From: a virus
Length of the DNA stretch: 64,000 bases
Virus record (IMG/VR): IMGVR_UViG_3300037010_001382
Coordinates: 61,974 to 125,973 of that record
Reading direction: 5' to 3' (one strand)
The notes under the pieces were generated by a model that ran no database searches, was not told the DNA's origin, and worked only from the letters and a program-made list of their open reading frames with translations. Position numbers and translations under genes: made by a program. Every line of letters starts with the position of its first letter. Positions within the stretch are counted from its first letter, which is position 1. This document shows positions 41,851 to 51,808 of the stretch, one piece after another.

Positions 41851-43713
41851 TTAAGCTACTATAATACCTGTTGGTCCAGCATACTTTGCATTTTCCCAAG
41901 TTGCACTATCACTATATACTAATGTACCATTAACTGTAGCACCTATTCTATAAAGGATATGATAAGTTCCTGTAGGAACTGCTTGGAAACCAGCTGTAGG
42001 TGAAGATGAATTAGTTGTTGCTGTACTTACAACAGCACTCGTAGTAGTATTTACTAATGTATATTCTACATATTGACAAGTAACTAATGGATTAGTTGTA
42101 ACTGATACTACGTGAGATGCTACTGAAGCAGTCATGTTAGGCATTACATCAGCAAATTGTACCCATTCGTATAAGTTAGAAGAAGATGTGCCAGATGTAC
42201 AGTTTGTATCAACTTGAAATTGATAAACTGTATTCATGTTAAGTTTTAGTACTTTAGCACCATTATTAGTTCCATCTTGTGGATTAGCTGGATCAAGATT
42301 AAAATTAGTAACCCATGAACCTGTATCTCTCTGTCGATACTTACCTATTTGTGATACAGCAGATGGATTAGGGGTCCATTGCATAAGAAATGAACCTAAT
42401 ACAAATTCTACTACTAAATCAGATATAGCATCACAAACTGAAGACGAACCACAAGTTGCAACTAATGCACAAAATCTAGCCATAAGAATTGGATCATCTG
42501 CTATGTAATCAAACAAAGCATTAACAAAAGTATCACCTTCTATAGCTGTACTCATTTCTACTTGAGCTCCAGTCTTAATAGGATTAACTTTCATACCCCA
42601 AGCAGGATACTGAGAACCTAAAATCTTATCATATAAATAACCAGCAGTTGCATTATCTTCATCGTCTTGATCTATTGCAACCTTGTGATCACTAGTGTTA
42701 GCAACGCCAGTATTAGTTACTACTAATTTACCTGAAACTATTGCTATATCAATGCCATCTCCTGGCTGTAATATTTGATCAAGGTAATCTGCAGTACTTA
42801 CTGGATCATATTGTAATCCAACTCTATAAAGAGGTGCATAATTAGGATCAATAGATACTCCAGCTCCACTATACGAATCAGTACCACCATGTTGATTATA
42901 TAAAATACCATTATGACCTTCATTGACACTATGGTCAAGTAAATATCCAGAAATGGTAGTCAATGCTTGTATTACACTTTGTAAATCTGTTGGACTATAT
43001 CCATTAGTAGGTCCTTTTGTATATGTATTAATGTTAAAAGTAGGTACACTATTACACAAGAATTTTATGATGTAGTATATAGTAGATATAACAGTATTAT
43101 GCTGACCACCACCTACTGTACTAAGACAGTTTAATGAATTATTATAAGGACCTTGTGTATCATCATACATGTCTCTATTAATAAAACTTACAGTATCTTT
43201 AGTATCATCTAATATTGCAATTAATGTATTAAATGCTGTTACAATATCAGTAGCATCACTAACACCTAATGTACTCCAGTTAGCTGCATCAGGTTTAATA
43301 GAATTGATAATTCCTGTAAATCCTGTAAACATCTTAGCGTAAACTTGTGTTAATGTGTCTACGTTTGTTATGCTAAATGGACTATAAACCAATGCTGGAG
43401 CTTGCAGACCAGTGATAGCTGTTGCTATAACTCCTTGATTTGTTGCATATGTACTTGTAAATGCTGTATAATCAGTCTTTAGCTGACAGAACATTTTACT
43501 TATGCCTTCTGCAAAGTTTTGTGTGTTAGTAGGGTGTGTAGTATTATCTGTTTGCTTTACGCAGAATAGATTATACCCAGAGTAATCTGGAGTAGCACTT
43601 GAATTTGATATCGCTGTGTCTATCAAACCAAGTATCAATTGCAGATTTGTATTTGGGGTTACTGGAATATGTGTTAACGGCAGTCCTGTATATAGGATTT
43701 GTGTTGCGTCCAT
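41851..43713 (-). CDS. Tail fibre/hub protein with C-terminal FN3/Ig-like domains
   Basis: 620 aa; W.P...YR....W...L...TVYQFQV...C FN3-like pattern. Confidence 0.65.
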   Translation of the reverse strand: MDATQILYTGLPLTHIPVTPNTNLQLILGLIDTAISNSSATPDYSGYNLFCVKQTDNTTHPTNTQNFAEGISKMFCQLKTDYTAFTSTYATNQGVIATAITGLQAPALVYSPFSITNVDTLTQVYAKMFTGFTGIINSIKPDAANWSTLGVSDATDIVTAFNTLIAILDDTKDTVSFINRDMYDDTQGPYNNSLNCLSTVGGGQHNTVISTIYYIIKFLCNSVPTFNINTYTKGPTNGYSPTDLQSVIQALTTISGYLLDHSVNEGHNGILYNQHGGTDSYSGAGVSIDPNYAPLYRVGLQYDPVSTADYLDQILQPGDGIDIAIVSGKLVVTNTGVANTSDHKVAIDQDDEDNATAGYLYDKILGSQYPAWGMKVNPIKTGAQVEMSTAIEGDTFVNALFDYIADDPILMARFCALVATCGSSSVCDAISDLVVEFVLGSFLMQWTPNPSAVSQIGKYRQRDTGSWVTNFNLDPANPQDGTNNGAKVLKLNMNTVYQFQVDTNCTSGTSSSNLYEWVQFADVMPNMTASVASHVVSVTTNPLVTCQYVEYTLVNTTTSAVVSTATTNSSSPTAGFQAVPTGTYHILYRIGATVNGTLVYSDSATWENAKYAGPTGIIVA

Positions 43714-43722
43714 TTAAGTAAA

Positions 43723-44478
43723 TTATTTTAATTTGAAATTAATAACAGGGCTTGTTAAGAAATAAGGTAAGAATGAATTCAATTTTCCATTATCTGTTAA
43801 TTTGAAATCTTGAGCTTCACAATCTGTACATGTTTTCTCATATGGATTGAAATGAAATGTTACTGGTAATCCACTATTAGCACATCCAATACATGGTTTA
43901 GGCACTATAATAGGTATATCACAAGTATAAAATAGTCCAACAGGATCTTTATAACAGAAAGAATTTGTTGTTGCTACAATTCTACTTCCATCAGGTTGTT
44001 GATTTCCTAAGTCCATACTTTGTAAACACATCTTTATAGATGCTAATGTTCCATCAGGTTGGACTGTAGAAGGAAAATACATATCTTGTGCTGTACCATC
44101 TGCCAAAACTACTGGGCATGTGCCACCTATAGATTGAATTGTCCAACAAGGAACATCTGTCATATTAGGATCTGGAGCACAATTACATGGAATACATAAT
44201 GTTGTAGGAACTTGATTATTGTAGTTAACTTGATCTACACACATGTCCATGAAATTACTATAAATAAATCCTGGAGGACAGCATGGACAATCTGTATATG
44301 GATCAGATGCTGATATAGCTAAGTTCTGTATAATAAATCCACATTGATCATGTACTACATAAGCATTTAGAATTGTTCCAGATCCTAAAATTGGATCGCT
44401 ATAATTACCAGTGCTGTCTATCCAAACGTATTTGGGCGGACAGCATGGTGTAAATGTAGTTGAGGAAGTACCAGCCAT
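43723..44478 (-). CDS. Cys-rich virion protein
   Basis: 251 aa with CCPP, CPCCPPG and CxxC clusters. Confidence 0.6.
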   Translation of the reverse strand: MAGTSSTTFTPCCPPKYVWIDSTGNYSDPILGSGTILNAYVVHDQCGFIIQNLAISASDPYTDCPCCPPGFIYSNFMDMCVDQVNYNNQVPTTLCIPCNCAPDPNMTDVPCWTIQSIGGTCPVVLADGTAQDMYFPSTVQPDGTLASIKMCLQSMDLGNQQPDGSRIVATTNSFCYKDPVGLFYTCDIPIIVPKPCIGCANSGLPVTFHFNPYEKTCTDCEAQDFKLTDNGKLNSFLPYFLTSPVINFKLK

Positions 44479-44481
44479 ATA

Positions 44482-45675
44482 TTATATATATCTTTGTATG
44501 AAATGAAATGCGATGTAAGGCTGTCTATTTTCGTGTGGAATGTTCTTGCCTTCTTGACTTACTGTTGCTGGTAGTCCAGGATTAGGAAAATTACCTACTA
44601 AAGGAATTGTAGCATTTGGAGCAGAAGGACAAGGAGTAGAAGTGCCACCACCATCACAAGCATAACCCATTGTATTATCACCTGTTGATGCGTGTTTACG
44701 TGACACAGTATAATAACCTAATGAACCCATTACAACACCATTAATTGGAGTATATACTGCGTGTGCGTGTTGTGCAAGTTCTGGAACTGTTAGTTGATGT
44801 AAAGCTTGTCCACCTTTATTACCTATTGAATAAGCTACAGAAGGTGATGCAGTTGAATTAGTAGGATTTGCAGGATCAACAGTAGCATCTAAAGCGCCAC
44901 CGCCCATACCAGCAATTGTACATACAGGAACTCGTCCTCTTGCGTCTTGACGACCATTGTTACCATTTAATAATCTCCAACCACACATTGGTGTATTAGG
45001 TAGACCATTACCATTAGTATCAAAATAAGATAAAGAACCTTCATACATTATGATACCACCTATTGGTGTGAATCCTCTAAATTCTATATTTGCACTTGCA
45101 CCTGTTCCTGTCTTTATGATATTTCCACTAGAGCAACTAGAGATAGCATTGAGCAAGAAGTTGCCTATTGTTGTTGGCAATCCTATAGTCAAGTTATTCA
45201 CTTGAGTTTGCAAATTGTTAACCTGAGTTTGTAAGAGACAGTACTGGTTAATTAATTGCTGTATAATTTGATTTAGAGTAGGGTTGTTGCCCAGTCCTGT
45301 TAAACAACCAGTATTATATGGTCCATTTAATAGAGCATCTACAAGCGCCTGTAAATCAGTAAAATCGGTATATAGTGTACATAGTGATTCAAATATAATT
45401 TTCATTAAACAGTCTAACTCATCACAACCATTGCAACAAGTGACGTAATCAACGAATAATCCACAAGCTGACAAATCAATGTCTGGTATATGAATACCTT
45501 TACCTGTAGAGAAGTTTACTATATTTTGTAAGATTACTGCTTCTATTTCAGCTAAGGTATCTCCTGTACAAATACCTAAACTAGGTATTGGTGGACCTGT
45601 ATAAATTACAGTCTTGTCTGATATATTCTTTTGAAACAGGTAAGAAGATGTATTAGTTGTGCATCCAGATCCCAT
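44482..45675 (-). CDS. Tail fibre/collar-domain protein
   Basis: Coiled coil followed by PIGGIIMY, GW.L.NG.NG..D.RGRV, GG...H.LT..EL..H.H and PHENRQPY collar/tip motifs. Confidence 0.8.
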   Translation of the reverse strand: MGSGCTTNTSSYLFQKNISDKTVIYTGPPIPSLGICTGDTLAEIEAVILQNIVNFSTGKGIHIPDIDLSACGLFVDYVTCCNGCDELDCLMKIIFESLCTLYTDFTDLQALVDALLNGPYNTGCLTGLGNNPTLNQIIQQLINQYCLLQTQVNNLQTQVNNLTIGLPTTIGNFLLNAISSCSSGNIIKTGTGASANIEFRGFTPIGGIIMYEGSLSYFDTNGNGLPNTPMCGWRLLNGNNGRQDARGRVPVCTIAGMGGGALDATVDPANPTNSTASPSVAYSIGNKGGQALHQLTVPELAQHAHAVYTPINGVVMGSLGYYTVSRKHASTGDNTMGYACDGGGTSTPCPSAPNATIPLVGNFPNPGLPATVSQEGKNIPHENRQPYIAFHFIQRYI

Positions 45676-45676
45676 A

Positions 45677-45952
45677 TTATTTTATTAGTTTTTTAAGTTT
45701 TGAAACAATCATTAGTAAGAACTGATCTGTTAGACAGTTACATCCTAATAGTTTATCGAGCAGTATTTTTTTATATATAAGTAAGTCTTCGTACTTCTCA
45801 ATGTCTACTGGTTGTACAAAGCCGAACCTCACATTATTATATTGAACAACTGCCATTTCTAATATCTTATGATCTATCTTTTCAATTAAATCATTTAATT
45901 GTTCTGTAGTAGAATAATTATTAGTTAAGTGAGGGGCTATACAATACAGCAT
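45677..45952 (-). CDS. Hypothetical virion-block protein
   Basis: 91-aa ORF tightly packed in the operon. Confidence 0.7.
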   Translation of the reverse strand: MLYCIAPHLTNNYSTTEQLNDLIEKIDHKILEMAVVQYNNVRFGFVQPVDIEKYEDLLIYKKILLDKLLGCNCLTDQFLLMIVSKLKKLIK

Positions 45953-45954
45953 TA

Positions 45955-46101
45955 TTAAGGAGTTTTAGGAGTGTTTGCAAATTGTGCCTCTGCTGCTTTT
46001 TGCTTTTCATAGCAGCTTGGACATTTACCATTTATCAATTGACATGCTTTCATACTCACACTACAAGTAGGAGTAGAACATTTAGTTACTGAGCAACCCA
46101 T
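45955..46101 (-). CDS. Small Cys-rich (zinc-finger-like) protein, 48 aa
   Basis: MGCSVTKCSTPTC...CQLINGKCPSC; start moved to the ATG after an A-rich leader. Confidence 0.6.
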   Translation of the reverse strand: MGCSVTKCSTPTCSVSMKACQLINGKCPSCYEKQKAAEAQFANTPKTP

Positions 46102-46121
46102 ATTATTTATTTTTTTAATTG

Positions 46122-46721
46122 TTATTGACATGAAGGACAAGAGAATACTTCTGTGCAAGTCATTCCAAAATCACAACATAATTTATCTAGCATTGAATCT
46201 GCTTTACTGTACAATCTGTATGCCATAACAGAATTACATTCATTAGCTGCAGCAACACTTCCTGCAATCATCATATCTATTTCTTTCAAAACATGTTTAT
46301 ATTGCTTCTGAGTATCATTTCCACAGTTACAATCTAAGTCTATCTTAGAGAACATATTTTGAAACTTACACATAATTTGATCTACTTTAATAAAAGTTTG
46401 ATCAATAGATGTAGAAGAAGAATAGTTAATGTTAGAATTTGGAGTCGACACTGTGTATATTACACTATAGATACCATCTGGTAAAGGACAACAATCTGTT
46501 GGTCCACAAGAGATACCTAAGTCAGCACATTTATAAACATTGACACTGCCAGGATTAAATATTACATTTACAGTTTCAAAACCTGGTGCAGTAATTTGCA
46601 TTGATAATTCTGAAGATGTAGGTAGTATTGCATAAGAGGATAAGTCTATGATTGCAAAGGCTTGTTGTTCTCTCATATCAAAGAGACTCAATTTGAGATT
46701 TGGTAGTACTACTGATATCAT
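46122..46721 (-). CDS. Putative tail hub/virion protein
   Basis: 199 aa; LPDGIY motif; Cys-rich. Confidence 0.65.
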   Translation of the reverse strand: MISVVLPNLKLSLFDMREQQAFAIIDLSSYAILPTSSELSMQITAPGFETVNVIFNPGSVNVYKCADLGISCGPTDCCPLPDGIYSVIYTVSTPNSNINYSSSTSIDQTFIKVDQIMCKFQNMFSKIDLDCNCGNDTQKQYKHVLKEIDMMIAGSVAAANECNSVMAYRLYSKADSMLDKLCCDFGMTCTEVFSCPSCQ

Positions 46722-46733
46722 TATTTAGAATTA

Positions 46734-47216
46734 TTATAAGTTTACGTAGCCCTGAGCGTCTACTTGCTTAGCGTTGACCATTTTAAATAGATCCTGCCAT
46801 GTCTTACCGAATGTATATTGGAAGTGTGGTTTATCTTTAATTGTATGCCAATCACCACCCCATTCCAGATTATATTTTTTAGCTATTGGATCCAATTTAC
46901 CATTATCAAAATCCCATAAGATTTCTTTTGAATCTCCATCATGATCTGAATCTTCAGCATCAACTCTACAGAGATCAATTGCTAGACCGTAATTATGAAA
47001 AGATGATCCACCTTTAGCATTTGTCACTATTTTTCCTGGAGATGTTCTACCTTGAGTATACAGTGCATTCTGTTCAGATATTGTTCTGAATACAGGCAAC
47101 ATTATTCTTAATGTAATATTAAATGTAGTTTCACACTCTTCTATGAACTTAGTGAATATCTCTTGTACCTTAGGATGTAATTGTTTAATACGTTCTACTG
47201 AAATACTATCTTTCAT
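46734..47216 (-). CDS. Endolysin, M15 family L-Ala-D-Glu peptidase
   Basis: RT..EQ..LY.QGRT.PG.IVTNAKGG.S.HNYGLAID, LEWGGDW, DKPHFQ. Confidence 0.92.
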   Translation of the reverse strand: MKDSISVERIKQLHPKVQEIFTKFIEECETTFNITLRIMLPVFRTISEQNALYTQGRTSPGKIVTNAKGGSSFHNYGLAIDLCRVDAEDSDHDGDSKEILWDFDNGKLDPIAKKYNLEWGGDWHTIKDKPHFQYTFGKTWQDLFKMVNAKQVDAQGYVNL

Positions 47217-47227
47217 ATATTTTTAAA

Positions 47228-47267
47228 TAAAAAAGAGAGGAATCAGGGAGAACCCCAATCCCTCTCT
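47228..47267 (-). terminator. Intrinsic terminator
   Basis: Minus strand AGAGAGGGATTGGGG-TTCT-CCCTGATTCCTCTCT followed by a T tract. Confidence 0.85.
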
Positions 47268-47287
47268 AGGTTAGTAATTAATTAAAT

Positions 47288-48388
47288 TTATGCACTTTCA
47301 TCTATCGGTGTACCTAAGAAGGTAGTTAATAGTGCGATAGTAGTTGCATTTTGACCTGTAGGATTCAGTAAGATAACTGACTCATCCTGTGCTACACTAG
47401 CTACCCAAGGTAACTTACGTGGATTAGCATACTTTAAGTAGTAGAAATCGTAGAATGTACCATCAACTACTTCTGATGTATAAGCACCATTGAAGTTAAC
47501 ATTGGTCCAAAGTCTCTTAGCTATTTGAGCTGTATTGTTACTCCAGAAGTTCTTCTCAAGTTGCTTAGCTTGCTTAGAATCACCATTGATAAATGTTGAC
47601 GTTTGAGTAGTTGTTACAGTAGCCCAAGGATCGCAACCATCAGGAGCACTAATAAAGTCTTGAGATGTAGCTGGACCTTTATAAGCAAACCCCCAGAAGT
47701 ACAGACGATCATACTGATAAGAGAATGCAGTCAAGTCAGGAGTTGTTGGTTCAGCAGCAAGTGGCTTACCAGTTACAATCAATGTTCTTGCGCCAGTTGT
47801 ACCACCACGTGTAGCAGTTACATAAGAACTAATACTATTAGCATTTCTTGATGTAAAACCTAAAGCGTTATTACCATTGATATTTGTTTCATTAATCTTA
47901 TCAATGAAGTCATCAATTAAACTTACAATCTGAGCATCGTTCAAATTAGAACAAGGATCGTCACCACAATTGCAACAAGGTGTTGATAAAGTATAAGACT
48001 GTGTCTTACCATTAAAATAACCTGTATCAATGTAGAAAGACTTAAGTCTCAAAGTAATTGTTACATCTTCACCACAAGCACTTGTGTCGAAGGCAGAGAA
48101 TGTTACTATCTGTGGAAGTACAGTGCTATTCGCAGTTACTTTATACCACTCGGTAACATTAGACAATATAATCTTGTCTGATTTCTTAGTACCTACACCT
48201 GGATAATTTTGCTGCCTACCCTGCGCTAGCATGATATATGGCAATGCACTGATTGTTCCGGTTGTAGCAGGAGTATAGTCTGGCTTAAATACACCGAACT
48301 GACCAGCAGTTAAGTTAGCAGTACTACCTGTTGTAGGGAGCGTATTACTCGCAGGCAATACGTAAAGGGTTGTTAATGAAAAATCCAT
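47288..48388 (-). CDS. Auxiliary capsid protein (putative)
   Basis: 366 aa, T/S/G-rich; third gene after the MCP and followed by a strong terminator, as in crAss-like capsid blocks. Confidence 0.65.
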   Translation of the reverse strand: MDFSLTTLYVLPASNTLPTTGSTANLTAGQFGVFKPDYTPATTGTISALPYIMLAQGRQQNYPGVGTKKSDKIILSNVTEWYKVTANSTVLPQIVTFSAFDTSACGEDVTITLRLKSFYIDTGYFNGKTQSYTLSTPCCNCGDDPCSNLNDAQIVSLIDDFIDKINETNINGNNALGFTSRNANSISSYVTATRGGTTGARTLIVTGKPLAAEPTTPDLTAFSYQYDRLYFWGFAYKGPATSQDFISAPDGCDPWATVTTTQTSTFINGDSKQAKQLEKNFWSNNTAQIAKRLWTNVNFNGAYTSEVVDGTFYDFYYLKYANPRKLPWVASVAQDESVILLNPTGQNATTIALLTTFLGTPIDESA

Positions 48389-48416
48389 TTAGTAGGAATT
48401 TTAATTGTGATTGTTA

Positions 48417-49136
48417 TTATTCGTTGTTCTTGTTTCTAATTTCGTTAGCTTGTACTACAGGAGTATTCTCTGTATCTAATGCTAATTCTAGGATAGCTAA
48501 GTCAAGCAATTCATCTTCAAGATAATCTGCTAGTTCACAGTTTTGGTCTATAGAAGCTGTACCGTCAAAGTTTATATAACCAGCAGCATCAATCTTTTTA
48601 GGATATCTTATGTAAGAGATATTAAATTTATCTACTACAAATGTGCCATCTGTATATGTTATTATTTTGTCTGAAGACATTACTGCAAATGTTTCTTGCC
48701 ATTCAAATGAGGGAGCATAGTGTGTATTAAACATTAAAGTAGATATATCACCATGCTTTACAAGCTTAGATAAATAAACTATTCTATTTCTACAATTTCC
48801 TCTTGAGCAAGTTGCATACATATCTAAAGGAAACATAAACTTATTATGTAACATATTTACATCTGCCTGATATGCTGAGTATGCATCTGCAGTCGCAGTT
48901 ACATTTAATGGTTCAAATTGAACTATTAGATCCTGAAGATCCTCATAGCGTTTCTTAAAAGAATCAAGTCCTAATCCGTATATATTGTTAGTACCTAACT
49001 TCTTCTTTATAAGCTGTATTTGCGCCTCATTAAGAGCTAGTATCTTGTCTTCCAAAGGTATACTCTGGTGCTCGTTAGAAGCCTTCTTGTTGAGCTTTAA
49101 ATCGAGCTTATAAAGAAGCTGAAAGGTGAGTATCAT
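48417..49136 (-). CDS. Head-proximal ring/adaptor protein (putative)
   Basis: LNEAQ, KKRYEDL..L, YIRYP and CEL motifs; synteny. Confidence 0.7.
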   Translation of the reverse strand: MILTFQLLYKLDLKLNKKASNEHQSIPLEDKILALNEAQIQLIKKKLGTNNIYGLGLDSFKKRYEDLQDLIVQFEPLNVTATADAYSAYQADVNMLHNKFMFPLDMYATCSRGNCRNRIVYLSKLVKHGDISTLMFNTHYAPSFEWQETFAVMSSDKIITYTDGTFVVDKFNISYIRYPKKIDAAGYINFDGTASIDQNCELADYLEDELLDLAILELALDTENTPVVQANEIRNKNNE

Positions 49137-50107
49137 TATATTTCTATGGATTTAGCATTATCTATTTTCTTCTGCAATGCCATATACTGATCTTGATTCT
49201 TTGGTGTTGAGAAATATTCAATCAGATCATTTTCATCATCTGCAATTGGAGTTTCTCCTTCATAAATCTTTCCACCTTTACCTGTACGATAAACATTGAA
49301 ATCCATCGCTTCCTTTATCCTAAATCTCATGTCAAGATTTTCATCTTCCATTAGAGCAATAGTATTAAAGTTTGTAACATTAGAAGATCTACGACCCTTA
49401 GTATCTGTATTCTTTATATAAGTAGTTAACTCATTATATATAGCTTCAGGCTTACTGTTATATGATACAGGCAATGTAAGCAATTTAGCAACCTTAAGCT
49501 GCCTTGTAGGACTCATATTGATAAGTGAGTTAACAGCCTTGTCAACCAACATATTCTGCTTGTATGCAACTTCTGTCTGGAAATCAACGTCATCAACGAA
49601 GAACTGACAAGAAGATATAACTGGACAACGTACACTAGAGATACCTCTCTCCCAAGCATTATACGTAGGTGCGATCTCAGGATGAACCCTCAACCATGCA
49701 AACGTAATAGCTTGCTGGGCAATTGATAGATTAAATACATTCGGCTGATCTTGCAGCTTAACATACTGTGCGCGTTCTGTATCACTAAAGTGATTGTCGA
49801 ACATCTTAGCGTAATAGTCACTCTTAGGACTCAGATCCAAACCTGTTACAGCTGTGATCTCATCGAACATTGCTTGAACGCGTACTTTTTCTATCTCAGC
49901 TTCCTCTGCAGGCATTGCTTTAATGTACAAAGCGTTAGGATTTAAACCTGTGCGATATTCACCATTCTTTTCTTTATAAGGAACCATTCCTTTTAAAGTA
50001 CCAGGAAACATTGACATACCTTTCTCAGCTAGAGAACTTGCTAATGACTGACCTGAGGCTTTTGAATATTCCCTCTTAATAGGACTAATTCTACCTATCT
50101 TACCCAT
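49136..50107 (-). CDS. Conserved capsid-block protein downstream of the MCP
   Basis: 323 aa; YRTGL motif; synteny with the crAss-like capsid block. Confidence 0.7.
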   Translation of the reverse strand: MGKIGRISPIKREYSKASGQSLASSLAEKGMSMFPGTLKGMVPYKEKNGEYRTGLNPNALYIKAMPAEEAEIEKVRVQAMFDEITAVTGLDLSPKSDYYAKMFDNHFSDTERAQYVKLQDQPNVFNLSIAQQAITFAWLRVHPEIAPTYNAWERGISSVRCPVISSCQFFVDDVDFQTEVAYKQNMLVDKAVNSLINMSPTRQLKVAKLLTLPVSYNSKPEAIYNELTTYIKNTDTKGRRSSNVTNFNTIALMEDENLDMRFRIKEAMDFNVYRTGKGGKIYEGETPIADDENDLIEYFSTPKNQDQYMALQKKIDNAKSIEI

Positions 50108-50189
50108 ATTGTAGTTGTATTATTGTTTTTAAAATTATAGCGCGGAAACCAGTCGTGAGCTAATAGGATTCTAAATCGTCCCGCAAGTG

Positions 50190-50215
50190 TGGGAGTCTAT
50201 ATTACAAGACTCCCA
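50190..50215 (-). terminator. Stem-loop after the major capsid gene (terminator or stabiliser)
   Basis: TGGGAGTCT/AGACTCCCA 9-bp stem; no U tract on the coding strand. Confidence 0.6.
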
Positions 50216-50233
50216 TTTTATTAGTTATTAATA

Positions 50234-51784
50234 TTAGTACTGTGGATTTTCTTCTATCAGAACCATTCTTGACAAATCTTCTACGAAGATATCTGAACGA
50301 TCTTCCATCCAAACTGAAGCTGCTGGATCCATAGAGCTAGAGATCATACCCTGAGCGCCCATTGCACCTGCATTCCATTTAGTACGACCATTGATGTAAC
50401 CCCAAGTCATTGCTGGAGCTTCCTTCATACGTACTTCACGTACGTTATTGGCTGGTGTACCATTACCATCTGGAGAGATATCAAATACCATAAAGATTGG
50501 TGTTGATTTCTTGTTCTGACCATATTCCTGATTGGTTTGTGGCAAGTCAAGCTCCTTAAGATGGATAAGTTCGATTGGACCGGTATCCAATGTAATAAGT
50601 CTATTAAATCTGTAGTTAACAGTCATATTCTGACCTTCACCTTGAATGAACTTATCATTAGTACCTGCTACGATATTCAAACCTGAACCAAGCATATCTT
50701 TCTTCAATGCTTCAGAGAAGATTTCCATACCAGCTTCGTTAGTGTAAACACGAACTTTTCTGTCTGCAATATCTACTCTACGATAGAACAAGTCACCGTA
50801 AACTGAACGCATCAAATTGATAGTAAAGTCACCACGGTTATAAGTAACACGATTACCATAGTTACGCATCTTCCAGTATAGACCTTCTACACCTTTCTTG
50901 ATCTCTTGGAATTCACCTGCAGATTTCGCTGTACCAGGTTTGCTCCAGATGAAACGATTCACCTTAGTATCAAGCATCCATTTACGCATTTCTGATTCAA
51001 TGAATGTTTCCCACTGCATACCCATAAGCTCACGCTTACCAAGATCGTTCACACGATACTTCGAATATGCCATTAGATTAAGTGCCTTACCATTACCATC
51101 CTTCATAGACATCTGTTGTGCCCACTTGGTGATTTTGTGCTGGATACCATAAGCTGCAGACATTGTTTCATACAGAGTGATGGTTTGAGCCAGTTCAGGC
51201 AGACCAGAAAGTTCTTGATCGAACTCACCAATCATGTTGTCTATTCTCTGCATATTCAGACCAACTTGCAACCAAGCAGAATCTACATATTCAGTAAGAG
51301 GTGATTGTGACTTAAGAGTCAATTTGTACTTCCAACCAGCATTATAAGGCTGTGGATCATCCAATACATAGAACTCAGGAGCATACCTACGGTCTGCAGT
51401 GATAGTATCATGTATGAAGAATGCCTTTCTATCAAGTACGATTTCGAAAGGTTGACCATCAATACCTGGAGTAGACAGCGATGCTGTACTTGCAGGAATT
51501 TCTATGATCTGTGGGAAACGATAGGGAACGCCTATTTTCCATTGCCAGAAGTCTGTGTCAGTCCAATAAGTAGAAGACTGATTGATCATCTGCAGGAAAT
51601 CATTGCTATAAAGCGAAGTCTGTGTATACAAACTTATGATTTTCTTGTCGTACTCACTTGGTTCCATTTGATGGAGTGTGTACATGTGATTGGTGTCAGT
51701 AAACTTACCTATCGCACGGTTATCGAAAGAAGAAACTCTCGTTGCTTCATAACCAATAAAACCAGGGATGTTAGATAAAGCCAT
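50234..51784 (-). CDS. Major capsid protein
   Basis: 516 aa; FTDTNH N-terminus, EGLY and VYTNEAG motifs; order terminase-portal-scaffold-MCP; codon use suggests high expression. Confidence 0.88.
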   Translation of the reverse strand: MALSNIPGFIGYEATRVSSFDNRAIGKFTDTNHMYTLHQMEPSEYDKKIISLYTQTSLYSNDFLQMINQSSTYWTDTDFWQWKIGVPYRFPQIIEIPASTASLSTPGIDGQPFEIVLDRKAFFIHDTITADRRYAPEFYVLDDPQPYNAGWKYKLTLKSQSPLTEYVDSAWLQVGLNMQRIDNMIGEFDQELSGLPELAQTITLYETMSAAYGIQHKITKWAQQMSMKDGNGKALNLMAYSKYRVNDLGKRELMGMQWETFIESEMRKWMLDTKVNRFIWSKPGTAKSAGEFQEIKKGVEGLYWKMRNYGNRVTYNRGDFTINLMRSVYGDLFYRRVDIADRKVRVYTNEAGMEIFSEALKKDMLGSGLNIVAGTNDKFIQGEGQNMTVNYRFNRLITLDTGPIELIHLKELDLPQTNQEYGQNKKSTPIFMVFDISPDGNGTPANNVREVRMKEAPAMTWGYINGRTKWNAGAMGAQGMISSSMDPAASVWMEDRSDIFVEDLSRMVLIEENPQY

Positions 51785-51808
51785 GTTTATGTTTGTTGTT
51801 TAAATTTA

